IMG/VR virus record: IMGVR_UViG_3300045988_106777
Location: 1 to 32,507 of that record
Source: a virus
DNA: 32,507 nucleotides
Strand: one strand, 5' to 3'
This document shows, one piece after another, positions 1-8,469 of the stretch (position 1 is its first letter; every line of letters starts with the position of its first letter). Below the pieces are notes generated by a model. That model was given only the letters and a program-made list of their open reading frames with translations. It ran no database searches and was not told where the DNA came from. The position numbers and the translations under genes are program-made.

Positions 1-55
1 ATTACTTGCATTGCTCCACCTCCATCTGGTTGCGCAGCCTGCGGACATGGCGCAC
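1..55. repeat. Terminal direct repeat copy 1 (identical to 32453..32507); circular-assembly overlap
   Basis: attacttgcattgctccacctccatctggttgcgcagcctgcggacatggcgcac is present verbatim at both ends. Confidence 0.95.
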
Positions 56-348
56 ACGATCTCGCCGCGATAGTCGCTGTCTATGATTCCGGGAGCATTG
101 GAAAGCTGTAGCCCGTGGTTGATTGACAGCCCCGAACGGATGGCCTGCAACGCAAACATGCCGTGAGGCATGGCAAGGTGGATACCGGTACCGAACCTGA
201 CAATCTCGGACGGGAAAATGGTCTTTGGTTCCGTGATGTTGGCTCGCATGTCGCAACCTGCATCGCCCACGCCGTGAGCATATGACGGCTTGAGTTTCGG
301 GCTGTCGAATTGCGCTTGAATCACTTGGATGTTCGGTGAGACTTTCAT
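1..348 (-). CDS. dut: dUTPase-like protein, short form; 3' end wraps across the circular junction to a stop at 32438
   Basis: SD AGGAAGGA then ATG at 348. The translation MKVSPNIQ...GVGDAGCDM...FGTGIHL...IRSGLS...GIIDSDYRGEI carries trimeric dUTPase motifs I-III. The frame leaves the window at base 1, so it is absent from the ORF track. Joined to 32452..32438 it gives about 120 aa. Confidence 0.75.
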   Translation of the reverse strand, partial: MKVSPNIQVIQAQFDSPKLKPSYAHGVGDAGCDMRANITEPKTIFPSEIVRFGTGIHLAMPHGMFALQAIRSGLSINHGLQLSNAPGIIDSDYRGEIVCAMSAGCATRWRWSNASN

Positions 349-399
349 CTAGTCCTTCCTTTAGTAAAAGCCCCGCGTAATTTGCGTGGCTGGTTGGTT

Positions 400-618
400 C
401 TATTCGTATTGATATGGGATACAGTAGACAAAGCTATCGACGTACCTCATGTCGGTATATCGCAGCTGGTCACGGTACGTACGCTTGTGCTCTTCCTCGC
501 ACTTAAGGGCTTCATCCGCCGTGGCGAAGGCGCATGACGGCGTTTCCTGCTCGCATCCAATCTGAGGGTCGATGTACTCGTAAACGTCTGTCACAACGTA
601 GATTTGTCGCTCCCTCAT
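400..618 (-). CDS. Hypothetical protein (72 aa)
   Basis: SD GGAGGTG 7 nt upstream of the ATG. ATGA start/stop overlap with the upstream gene. Confidence 0.6.
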   Translation of the reverse strand: MRERQIYVVTDVYEYIDPQIGCEQETPSCAFATADEALKCEEEHKRTYRDQLRYTDMRYVDSFVYCIPYQYE

Positions 619-869
619 TTTTTGTCACCTCCAGTTCTATAGCGCTGTCTTTTACCGGCTTTCTCGTAGCTGTAGCATCCTGCCGCCGCGCTTGACGGGT
701 TGTTCGGTGAGTCGAGATGGTCGACAACGATATGCAACTTTTTGCAGTAGTAGACATTTGGCGTGAGTTCGCCGAATACATCGCGCTTGAGTTTCGTGTG
801 CTCTTCGTCAAGCGCGAGATGGCGGCACTCGCAGCAGTGGTTGTGGTAGCCAGCGCTGTCATATGCCAT
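615..869 (-). CDS. Hypothetical Cys/His-rich protein (84 aa)
   Basis: SD GAAGGAAGG upstream of the ATG. HNHCCECRH and YYCKKLH clusters suggest metal binding. Confidence 0.6.
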   Translation of the reverse strand: MAYDSAGYHNHCCECRHLALDEEHTKLKRDVFGELTPNVYYCKKLHIVVDHLDSPNNPSSAAAGCYSYEKAGKRQRYRTGGDKK

Positions 870-937
870 AGCTAACCTTCCTTCGAAGCTACCTCGCGCT
901 TCTTCTCATCGGTAATCATTCGTCCATCGACTCCTCT

Positions 938-2302
938 CTATAGCCTGTCGACCGCCTCGATGCGCTCTCCCAGCCAGCGCATGACTGGGACTGCCATGCT
1001 GTTTCCGCACGCCTTGTAGCGCAGAGAGTCAGGGCACTCCTCGGAAGGCTTTCCCTTCCACGGGATTCTTGTGTGGTTGTCCGGGAAGCCCTGTAAACGC
1101 TCGCACTCAAGTGGAGTCAGGCGGCGAACTACCGAGTTGATGCCGCTTTCTGCGATCGGCCCCGATTCGTCGGCGCCAATGCCGGAAGTCGCTCCTTGGT
1201 GGTTCTTGAAAGCGACGACTGGCGGGTCTTTGCGAGTGTGGGCGCTGATTGTTCCAGAAACCTCGGTGTCCACGCTCGTGTTCTTCTGCGTGTCGGTCAT
1301 GCACACGAGGCTCTGGTTGTTGACCGTGCTCAGTGTGCCGCTGATTTCATCTTGAATCAATGGTCCTTTGCCACTACCTGGTTTTGCCTGCCCTGTCTCG
1401 GATAAGCCAGCTGTGCATGTCTCACTCTCCTCGTACATAACCGCAGGATTGTGATAGTCGGCAGTGAGTGTCGGTGACTGCTCTACGGCAGCTCCGATGC
1501 CGCCTGACTTTGATCCTTGGTGGTACTTGAACTCCACCGCAGGACGATCAATCGTCGTCAGCGTATACATAGGCTCACCAGGTTCTTGGAAACCGTTCCC
1601 ATTGCCGACGTTCTTAGGCTTGCTCCCGATGATGTTCCCGGCGATTGAGAAGGTATCGTGCTGACTATCGTGGTTTATGCGTCCTGTTCCGCCACCTTGC
1701 GCAACGCAGCGTCCAGAAGCGGCGGCAACGGCTTTCCTCTTTTCTCGGCTCGACGGAGTATCCCAGCACATGCTTTCTGGCTCAAAGAGTACTTCGCAGG
1801 CGCGTGCGTCTCCAAGGTGTCCGACAAGAAAGAGACGCTCGCGTCTTTGGGCCACGCCGAAGAACTGCGCGTCCAGAACTCGCCACGCCAAACCGTACCC
1901 GAGGGCATCCATTTCTCGGAGCAGCTGTCCGAAAGCCGCCCCACCCTCACACGAGAGCGCTCCTTTGACGTTTTCCCACAGGAACCACCGAGGCATAAGC
2001 TCTTGAACACAACGTATGTACTCGAACATGAGTCCAGAAGCTCCCTTAAGACCTTCTCGTTTTCCTGCGATGGAGAAGGACTGGCATGGACTTCCTCCGA
2101 CAACAAGGTCAACTGCTCCATGAATCTCCTTTTTCCAATCTACTTTTGTGATGTCTCCGAGGTTCGGGACGTTCGGCCAGTGCTCGGAAAGCACCGCGCT
2201 CGGGAAGTCGTCTATCTCGCAGAACGCGAGTGGTTCCCATCCGAGCGGTTCCCATGCAAGTGTTGCCGCCTCGACACCGGAGAAGATGCTTACGTACCTC
2301 AT
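938..2302 (-). CDS. DNA (cytosine-5) methyltransferase with an enlarged target-recognition region
   Basis: Motifs FSGVEA (I), GSPCQSFS (IV), ENV (VI), QRRERLF (VIII), RRLTPLECERLQGFP (IX), GNSMAVPV (X). SD GGAGGTGG. ATGA overlap with the upstream HTH gene. Confidence 0.9.
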   Translation of the reverse strand: MRYVSIFSGVEAATLAWEPLGWEPLAFCEIDDFPSAVLSEHWPNVPNLGDITKVDWKKEIHGAVDLVVGGSPCQSFSIAGKREGLKGASGLMFEYIRCVQELMPRWFLWENVKGALSCEGGAAFGQLLREMDALGYGLAWRVLDAQFFGVAQRRERLFLVGHLGDARACEVLFEPESMCWDTPSSREKRKAVAAASGRCVAQGGGTGRINHDSQHDTFSIAGNIIGSKPKNVGNGNGFQEPGEPMYTLTTIDRPAVEFKYHQGSKSGGIGAAVEQSPTLTADYHNPAVMYEESETCTAGLSETGQAKPGSGKGPLIQDEISGTLSTVNNQSLVCMTDTQKNTSVDTEVSGTISAHTRKDPPVVAFKNHQGATSGIGADESGPIAESGINSVVRRLTPLECERLQGFPDNHTRIPWKGKPSEECPDSLRYKACGNSMAVPVMRWLGERIEAVDRL

Positions 2303-2529
2303 TCGTCCACCTCCATCACTAGATCGAATACGTCTATAGCCGTCTCTTCGGCAATGGAGAACAGGTTTCTTAGCGAAATGCTCCTACGACCGTTCAGTAG
2401 ATCGTTGAAATACGAAGTCGAGATGCCAAGAGTCTTAGCAAAATCGTCTTGCGTTAGGTCGTGGTCAATCAGATAGCGCTGGATGGCCTTCTTGTTGAGC
2501 GCGTAGGTTGCTAGTCTCTTGGATGTCAT
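2299..2529 (-). CDS. XRE-family helix-turn-helix protein (76 aa)
   Basis: LTQDDFAKTLGISTSYFNDLLNGRR is a classic HTH_3 pattern. SD AGGAGG upstream of the ATG. Confidence 0.7.
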   Translation of the reverse strand: MTSKRLATYALNKKAIQRYLIDHDLTQDDFAKTLGISTSYFNDLLNGRRSISLRNLFSIAEETAIDVFDLVMEVDE

Positions 2530-2713
2530 TCGTCCTCCTGTTCCACACCTCTACCGCCAGCTCATTACTTGGCGCGTGCGGCCCCTTAGTACCGCAGCTA
2601 TGGCAATAAAAGCCGTATCTAACCTCGTCACTATCCATCGTCGAGCTGGTGAATCGAGATAGATTAGTGGAGCCGCAGAAGGGGCATGGTTTCAGCTTGA
2701 TTTTGTCGGTCAT
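2465..2713 (-). CDS. Lar-like restriction-alleviation zinc-ribbon protein
   Basis: KPCPFCGS...YCHSCGTKGP...AVEVWNRR matches my recollection of the Lar family pattern. ATGA overlap with the upstream gene. The 3' end overlaps the next gene by 65 nt. Confidence 0.55.
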   Translation of the reverse strand: MTDKIKLKPCPFCGSTNLSRFTSSTMDSDEVRYGFYCHSCGTKGPHAPSNELAVEVWNRRTNDIQETSNLRAQQEGHPALSD

Positions 2714-3042
2714 TCGTCCTCACCGTTCTTCCAATAGGAATCGAACAATCCGCAATGATCGAGAACCTTGAACTTATTCCCGCCGAACTTGATTGGCTTG
2801 AACGAGTCGCAGTGCTCGTCCCAGTTCATAATCGGGCAGAACGTCCTATGGAAATCTCGGTTCGGTTTTGGCACACCGGCAAACTTCTTGCTTTTCAGAC
2901 CGTCGGTGGCGTGGAACATACACGCCAGGTGGTCACCAACGAGGTCATCGTATCCGCTGAACACGATGTCGCCGAACTTGCAATACAAGCAGTTATGCGG
3001 CAGCGACATTGCGAACATGTCGATGCGCTCGATGACGCTCAT
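2710..3042 (-). CDS. Hypothetical Cys/His-rich protein (110 aa)
   Basis: ORF with upstream GGTGA-type SD. CxxC plus several further Cys/His residues. No family recognised. Confidence 0.55.
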   Translation of the reverse strand: MSVIERIDMFAMSLPHNCLYCKFGDIVFSGYDDLVGDHLACMFHATDGLKSKKFAGVPKPNRDFHRTFCPIMNWDEHCDSFKPIKFGGNKFKVLDHCGLFDSYWKNGEDE

Positions 3043-3076
3043 TCACCATCACCCATCAGCTTGCGGATGCGCGTAA

Positions 3077-3433
3077 TTATGTCTTCCAAGCAGGCATGTG
3101 AGCAGGAGCCTTCACAGTTCTCGAGCTTGCAGCCGTCGCAGTCTTTTCTTTCTCGACCGAAATACGCGCAGACGATTTTTTCGGATGGTTCACAATCTTG
3201 CTCAAGTCGTCTTCAAGCTTCTCGAAGCTGTCTGGCGGTGTGATGTAGAAGCTATTGGTTTCATAAACTAGATCTTCTGGCGCACCAACAAGGCGCATCT
3301 CCCAGCAGAAACCGTCGTAACGCCTGAACGTGAAGCTGTATGGCTTAACCGACTCGCCGTTCGCGTTGTACAGAAACTCGACATCTAGCGGAATCTCGCG
3401 CCCCTCGGCATCCTTTGGTAGCTCTACGGTCAT
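3077..3433 (-). CDS. Hypothetical protein (118 aa)
   Basis: ORF preceded by AAGAAAGGA SD. The C-terminal 35 aa are low-complexity. No family recognised. Confidence 0.55.
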   Translation of the reverse strand: MTVELPKDAEGREIPLDVEFLYNANGESVKPYSFTFRRYDGFCWEMRLVGAPEDLVYETNSFYITPPDSFEKLEDDLSKIVNHPKKSSARISVEKEKTATAASSRTVKAPAHMPAWKT

Positions 3434-3565
3434 TCGGTATCCTTTCTTAGTTCGCTATATTTGCCGTTCTCGCTTGCTCATCCAGCGCTGACGGCGCGAT
3501 AATCAATCGACCCTATACGGTCTAGGGTCAAGCCAAAACCACGCCTTATACGCGCTGAAAATCGG

Positions 3566-3934
3566 TTATTCGGTTTTGTCCACATATGGGTAAGAGGTGC
3601 GGTTGAGAACCTTTGGACGCAGCTCCGCGCAATCGGCGCTCGGATAGGTCGGCGCCACTACTTTGCGTATGTTCGCCGCGCATACAGCAACGCTATATGC
3701 CATGTGTGGTGCCATGAGGTCTTCATCGCGCATATAGCCCCAGTAAATCCTGTCCACGTTGGCTAGCGCCGACTCCCACGCCTTGCACCTCGCGCGGTAC
3801 ATCTTCATGCGGTCGCGCGTTTTTGATAGCTTCGATTCGAGTCCTCGGCAATGGCGCTCTAGGTTCGCGTATCGACGCTTTAGATCGGATAGCTCTTCTG
3901 CGTAGTTCAAGGCAAGCGATTGGTAGTCCTGCAT
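3566..3934 (-). CDS. Hypothetical coiled-coil protein (about 122 aa)
   Basis: ATG at 3934 overlaps the upstream stop (TGATG). The ORF track starts 3 nt earlier at a GTG. Heptad-like charged N-terminal half. Confidence 0.55.
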   Translation of the reverse strand: MQDYQSLALNYAEELSDLKRRYANLERHCRGLESKLSKTRDRMKMYRARCKAWESALANVDRIYWGYMRDEDLMAPHMAYSVAVCAANIRKVVAPTYPSADCAELRPKVLNRTSYPYVDKTE

Positions 3935-4164
3935 CACTCATCACCGCTAAGCGTATTGATGAGGTTGTTTGAGCGGTTGTTTTTGCATCCGCAACTAGTC
4001 GTATTGCCACTACGTAAATTGCCGCCAGTTACGATCACTCGATTACCGCAATCGCATTGGCAAAGCCATTGGGTGTGCGGAGTCCTTCGCCTGTCGTATA
4101 CCTTTTCGATTACGGTCAGCATTCCGAAACGCTGGCCTGCTATATCGACCAGTTTCACGGTCAC
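3934..4164 (-). CDS. Small zinc-finger protein (FG.L.V...W.C.CDCG...SCGC pattern common in phages)
   Basis: GQRFGMLTVIEKV...WLCQCDCGNRVIVTGGNLRSGNTTSCGC. The start is either GTG 4164 or GTG 4158; the latter has better spacing from GGAG. Confidence 0.6.
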   Translation of the reverse strand: MTVKLVDIAGQRFGMLTVIEKVYDRRRTPHTQWLCQCDCGNRVIVTGGNLRSGNTTSCGCKNNRSNNLINTLSGDE

Positions 4165-4351
4165 TCCTATTCAATTTGTAACATTGTGCGTTGTTACGTT
4201 CGATTTCCTATTCCCATATTTCTATATATATATATATTTTTTTTAGAAGTTGGGAATTGGCTAGGATTTGAGCGTAACAACGCAATATAGCTATGTTTAC
4301 CTGCAAAGACTTTGTTACGTTTGGGATTTGGCGAAACGTAACAAATAGGCA
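4165..4351. other. Putative origin of replication: AT-only tract flanked by GTTACG-type iterons
   Basis: (TA)7T8 at 4223..4244. The 12-mer TGCGTTGTTACG at 4187..4198 is inverted at 4273..4284. TTTGTTACGTTT at 4311..4322 is inverted at 4334..4345. GGATTTG occurs at 4264 and 4324. The region lies directly downstream of the primase-helicase gene. Confidence 0.5.
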
Positions 4352-6550
4352 TTATTCGTAACGAACAGCGAACGCACGTACTACTTTTGCTGAGTCTTTA
4401 ATACGTGATGGTCTACTTTCGAGCATCGCGCCGTTTTTAAGCGTTACGTTCTCTTTGACCTTCGCCGTCCATGTTCTACGGGCATAAGGCGAACGCTCGC
4501 CGCTGTCATCGCACCACTGTTTGTATTCGCCGTAAACGGTTTCAATCGGACGGTTAACAAGCTGTTCGCCAGTGATGCCGCAATCGGCAATCCACCTGAC
4601 AACGGAATCGTTGTTAAGCCTGACCTCTTCCACCTCTGCCGCCATATCGGGGATAGTGGTGAGCGTGCCGCGCCGAATCAAGTCACCAAGCGCCATAAGA
4701 CCCAGCAGCGCCCCGCGCTCTAGGACTTCAGGCTGCGCTAGCTTCTCGGCTATGTGCGGATCGTAACCATCCGTGCCAGGCGAGAACCGTTTGCGGAACG
4801 GGATGAACGCCAAGCGCCTGAAGATGCCGTCCGTGGTATCCGATAGGCGCGGCACCGAATTCATGGAGAACACCATTGAAGCGCTCGGTCTGAACTCGTA
4901 TCCGTCGCCGTTCTTAACGTCCGTGTAGATTGCATCGCCGGTGACCAGCTTCTTGAACATGGATAGCTCGTCACCGCGAAGAAATCCGTCAGGGATGTCA
5001 TCACCAAGGTTAGCCAGCTTGCCGACTACGCGCCCCGCCTGGAACCGCTGACCCAAAGTCGCAATGTCCAGACTCGACGTGTTCTCGGTGCCTAGGATAG
5101 ATCGCAGCCAGTTCAGATAGGTCGATTTGCCGTTACTCGCCTTGCCGCTCGCGCCGCCAGCCTTTCCTATGAGCATGGGCGATTGGCTAAGAACGCGCCG
5201 CGAGCACATGCAAGCTCCTATGACCTCCTGCATGGCTAGCATCGTCGCGCTGTCGCCGTTGCTGATGGATTCCAAGAACTCATCGGCGGCGTTGCGCCCA
5301 ACGCTAAAGTTCAAGTTTACGGGCAGGGTTGCGATGATGTACATGGACGGGTCCGGTTCGACCTCGCGTTCCTCCAGCACGTCATAGGTGCAGTTGGCGA
5401 ACTGAACGTAATAGCCGCCGTCGAACTCGCGGTCGCTCGTCACACTCGGTGCCATGTCCATGATGTAGCTGGCGACTTCCGCTTTGTCCTGCTTCTTTGC
5501 ATCATCGGCGAGACGTAGCGTGCAACGGTTGATAGCGCGTGTACCGAACTCCCATCTGCGACCCGTCCACACTGCTGGTGCTCCGTCGATTTTTCTTGCG
5601 TGATTCTCGGACATTACCATCTTGGCAAGCTCGTTGGTTAGGATGCCGCCACGCTTGCCGCGAGGTGCCGCCCCTCCACCACTACCACTGGAATGCCCGG
5701 GTGCGCCGACGGTGCGCCCATCGTCACTTGGTTTGTATCCGATGCCGCCGCCCTGCTCATATTTGCACGCACTCTTTACGATGCGGTCGATATCGCGCGA
5801 GTCCATGGGCGGCTTGCAACGCATGAAGTTCGCGCCGAGTACGGCATTGTGAATCTCTTCATCCGAGCGCCCGATGCTTCTGAGGTGTGACGCATAGCGG
5901 AACAGCGTCTTGTCGCGCTCGCCAGACTTGATTTCTGCTGGTAGCGAAAACTTGCCGTTCTCCTTGCGAGCGTTTACCTCGTCCGAACCGTTGCGCTGGA
6001 TGTAATCGAGGAAGTCGTATACGTTATCGTCCGCTGTTGCTATGTCCACTTCCCAAGGCGATGCGATCCATTCGTACATCTGACCGTTTGGATGGATGGA
6101 GCCCGCAGCGACAACGAATGAGCCGTCACAGCGCACGTCCACGCCCAAGGTCGAGTTAGTGGATGGATGGATGTTCGTCCGGCCAGTCTTGAAGAAGTAG
6201 TGCCTTCCGCCGCTGCCGGTGACGGCTATTGGCGTGTCGGGCAACTCGCCGTGGGTTGTCTCCCACTCCTTGAGTGTAGCAAGCCCGTCCTTGGAATCTG
6301 ACACATCAAAATCGAGGACGAGCAGACCGCCGCTCGGAGCTCCGCACGTGATGCCGATGTTTGCGTTCGGATGCTTCGTCCAGTAGTTGATTACGTCGTC
6401 CGGGTTGTCCGTCCAGTCATTCAGGCCGTGGCGTGCCTCAGATGCCGGGACTTTTCCGCGCGGGGCCACCGGAAAGACGGCAAACCCGGCGCGGACGTAT
6501 GAAAGCGCCGTCCTTCCAAGCTCGGATAGGCGCGATTCGCGTTCATCCAT
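4352..6550 (-). CDS. Bifunctional Prim-Pol primase / P4-D5-type helicase
   Basis: N-terminus GFAVFPV...GLLVLDFD...GSGGRHYFF (Prim-Pol). PriCT-like segment ERDKTLFRYASHLRS. C-terminal NTPase with Walker A GKASNGKST. Confidence 0.85.
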   Translation of the reverse strand: MDERESRLSELGRTALSYVRAGFAVFPVAPRGKVPASEARHGLNDWTDNPDDVINYWTKHPNANIGITCGAPSGGLLVLDFDVSDSKDGLATLKEWETTHGELPDTPIAVTGSGGRHYFFKTGRTNIHPSTNSTLGVDVRCDGSFVVAAGSIHPNGQMYEWIASPWEVDIATADDNVYDFLDYIQRNGSDEVNARKENGKFSLPAEIKSGERDKTLFRYASHLRSIGRSDEEIHNAVLGANFMRCKPPMDSRDIDRIVKSACKYEQGGGIGYKPSDDGRTVGAPGHSSGSGGGAAPRGKRGGILTNELAKMVMSENHARKIDGAPAVWTGRRWEFGTRAINRCTLRLADDAKKQDKAEVASYIMDMAPSVTSDREFDGGYYVQFANCTYDVLEEREVEPDPSMYIIATLPVNLNFSVGRNAADEFLESISNGDSATMLAMQEVIGACMCSRRVLSQSPMLIGKAGGASGKASNGKSTYLNWLRSILGTENTSSLDIATLGQRFQAGRVVGKLANLGDDIPDGFLRGDELSMFKKLVTGDAIYTDVKNGDGYEFRPSASMVFSMNSVPRLSDTTDGIFRRLAFIPFRKRFSPGTDGYDPHIAEKLAQPEVLERGALLGLMALGDLIRRGTLTTIPDMAAEVEEVRLNNDSVVRWIADCGITGEQLVNRPIETVYGEYKQWCDDSGERSPYARRTWTAKVKENVTLKNGAMLESRPSRIKDSAKVVRAFAVRYE

Positions 6551-7055
6551 ATGGAACTCCTAGAATCTCACATATCCGGCGTGCCGTGTCCCGCTTGTAG
6601 CAGAACTCGAACCTTACGCCGTGCTCCTTTTCGAGCGTGCCGATGATGCGGGCAACGGTGCGCCCGTTCATCGGCTTGCTTCGGTACTTGACGCATTTGC
6701 TCCCGCGGTCAAACGGGTTGCACCTGCGGCATTTACGGCAAACGTAGCTCTTCCATTTGCACAGCTTCGAGCGGTCGTTGAACTCGGGGTGTTCCTCCAC
6801 GAGTATTACCAGGCGGTATCCCTCTGCTCGCGCCCTGTCGCACTCGCGGACGAACCTCGCGTGGTCGCGCCCGATGTTCCCCGCCACCTCCTGGACATCC
6901 TTCTTGGTGTCGATGGAGATATTGGAGCCTTCGAGCATGTAATCGCCGAACGGTAAGGCGGTATCCCTAGGCGCGAACTCCACGCCATGGGCTACCATCC
7001 ATTTTTCTATGTTGCCGTGCTTGGACTTTTGTTGCCGCGTATCCTCGATAATCAC
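6543..7055 (-). CDS. ERCC4/Mus81-like PD-(D/E)xK nuclease
   Basis: IIEDTRQ...FGDYML...ISIDTKKDVQE...RLVILVEE parallels the ERCC4 pattern DxRE...GDY...ERK. Confidence 0.6.
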   Translation of the reverse strand: MIIEDTRQQKSKHGNIEKWMVAHGVEFAPRDTALPFGDYMLEGSNISIDTKKDVQEVAGNIGRDHARFVRECDRARAEGYRLVILVEEHPEFNDRSKLCKWKSYVCRKCRRCNPFDRGSKCVKYRSKPMNGRTVARIIGTLEKEHGVRFEFCYKRDTARRICEILGVPYG

Positions 7056-7057
7056 GA

Positions 7058-7621
7058 TTAGTTGAACGGGATGGGGCCAGCGTATACGTTAGCCGCAGGA
7101 GCCGCCACCACCGCAGGAGTAGTGGAGGGGGCATTACCACCGTCGAGCTTCTTGGTATCGCGTGGCTTCACCTTGCCGTCGCGAACGTCCTGAACTGGCA
7201 CGACCTGACAGACGTTAAGGCGCGTCTTTACATCGCCGTTGTACTCGTACTCTTCCTCTTGGAGGTTGATGCCGACGAGACGGTTTGCGAACATGTCGAG
7301 ACGGCCAGCATCCCACGCGGCGAACGGGTCAAAGCCGGGGTTCGATGCCTGGATAGCTTCGAGACGGCCCTTGAGCATACCCAGCGCCGTGTCCTTGTAG
7401 CTCAAGAAGAAGTGGTGGGCGTATGGGTGCGACTGTCCCCAATCATCGGAGTAGTAGTTCGCAAACTCGCCCTCGGCAATGTCGAAAACGGCTTCGACAT
7501 ACTGCTTTTCGTCGTTGTCCATGAGCGATACGAGACGCGCGACATAGCCGCCAGGTGCGGGACGCTTGAAATCGCCTCCGTCTGCGGTCGCGTTCACACT
7601 GCCCCAGTTGACGTTACGCAT
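7058..7621 (-). CDS. DUF669-like phage protein (SSB-like partner of Sak4-type ATPases)
   Basis: PAPGGYVARLVS...AVFDIAEGEF motif, and synteny directly after an AAA_24-type ATPase. Confidence 0.55.
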   Translation of the reverse strand: MRNVNWGSVNATADGGDFKRPAPGGYVARLVSLMDNDEKQYVEAVFDIAEGEFANYYSDDWGQSHPYAHHFFLSYKDTALGMLKGRLEAIQASNPGFDPFAAWDAGRLDMFANRLVGINLQEEEYEYNGDVKTRLNVCQVVPVQDVRDGKVKPRDTKKLDGGNAPSTTPAVVAAPAANVYAGPIPFN

Positions 7622-7847
7622 GTTGTTTCCTTTCCGCTACGCTTCGTAGCTTGTTCTCAAAAAGGCGGTCGCGCTTATCGAAACATTGCGGTACCTCGCC
7701 CAGCGATGCCCTTAAAGCATCGAAGGTTCGGTCTGCCGCCACGTCCGGGTCGCAACCGCCCTGTATCAACTGTTGGTATCTGTCCTCGCAAAGACGCTCC
7801 ATCTCTGCGAGTGTCTCGTTACTTGGTATCTGCACCATCCGGCTCAA
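7614..7847 (-). CDS. Hypothetical protein (77 aa)
   Basis: ORF in the operon with short overlaps on both sides. Confidence 0.5.
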   Translation of the reverse strand: MSRMVQIPSNETLAEMERLCEDRYQQLIQGGCDPDVAADRTFDALRASLGEVPQCFDKRDRLFENKLRSVAERKQHA

Positions 7848-8469
7848 CGTCCTTGATGGGCTTCATGCCCCAGTACTCGCGCAATGCGGTATCTACTGCC
7901 TTTAGGTCGTTGTCCATCTTATCGGGCAAGCTACCCATGGGGGCTTTCGCCAAGTTGTGCCCGTTGTTCGCAGTGATGAAAAGGTGCTGTCCCTCTTCAA
8001 CCACGCAATCAATGACCACGGGGCAAGCGCCAGCGATATTCCACTTCTCATCGAGCATCTTGCCGATGGTCATGACCTTCTCGTTGCCGTTTATATCTTC
8101 GTCCACATGATGGAGGAAATAGACGATGGTATCTGGGCCAGTTGCTATTGCCGCGCTAATAAGTTGCTGGAAGTGCATGGCGATCTCTGTGAACTTCTCG
8201 TACCCTTTCTCCTTGGCACGATTGAAGTTCTCGTTTTGCATGAGATAGGTGGAATCGTCAATGACGTAGCAACGCCCTTGAGCGGTTCGTAGAGTATCGA
8301 AAATCTGTGCATACGTGGCACGGTTCGCCTGCGGGAACTTAGCCCCGCCACGGAACGGCAAAGGCTTGCCGAGGACATTGAAAATGCCTACCTCGTCTGG
8401 CGCGAAGTTGCGCAAGGAGGTGGACTTGCCCGAGCCTGATTTGCCTAGGACTAGAATTGCGGTTCCCAT
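7819..8469 (-). CDS. AAA_24 / Sak4-like RecA-fold ATPase
   Basis: Walker A GKSGSGKST at the N-terminus and Walker B-like CYVIDD. About 216 aa. Typical neighbourhood. Confidence 0.7.
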   Translation of the reverse strand: MGTAILVLGKSGSGKSTSLRNFAPDEVGIFNVLGKPLPFRGGAKFPQANRATYAQIFDTLRTAQGRCYVIDDSTYLMQNENFNRAKEKGYEKFTEIAMHFQQLISAAIATGPDTIVYFLHHVDEDINGNEKVMTIGKMLDEKWNIAGACPVVIDCVVEEGQHLFITANNGHNLAKAPMGSLPDKMDNDLKAVDTALREYWGMKPIKDVEPDGADTK

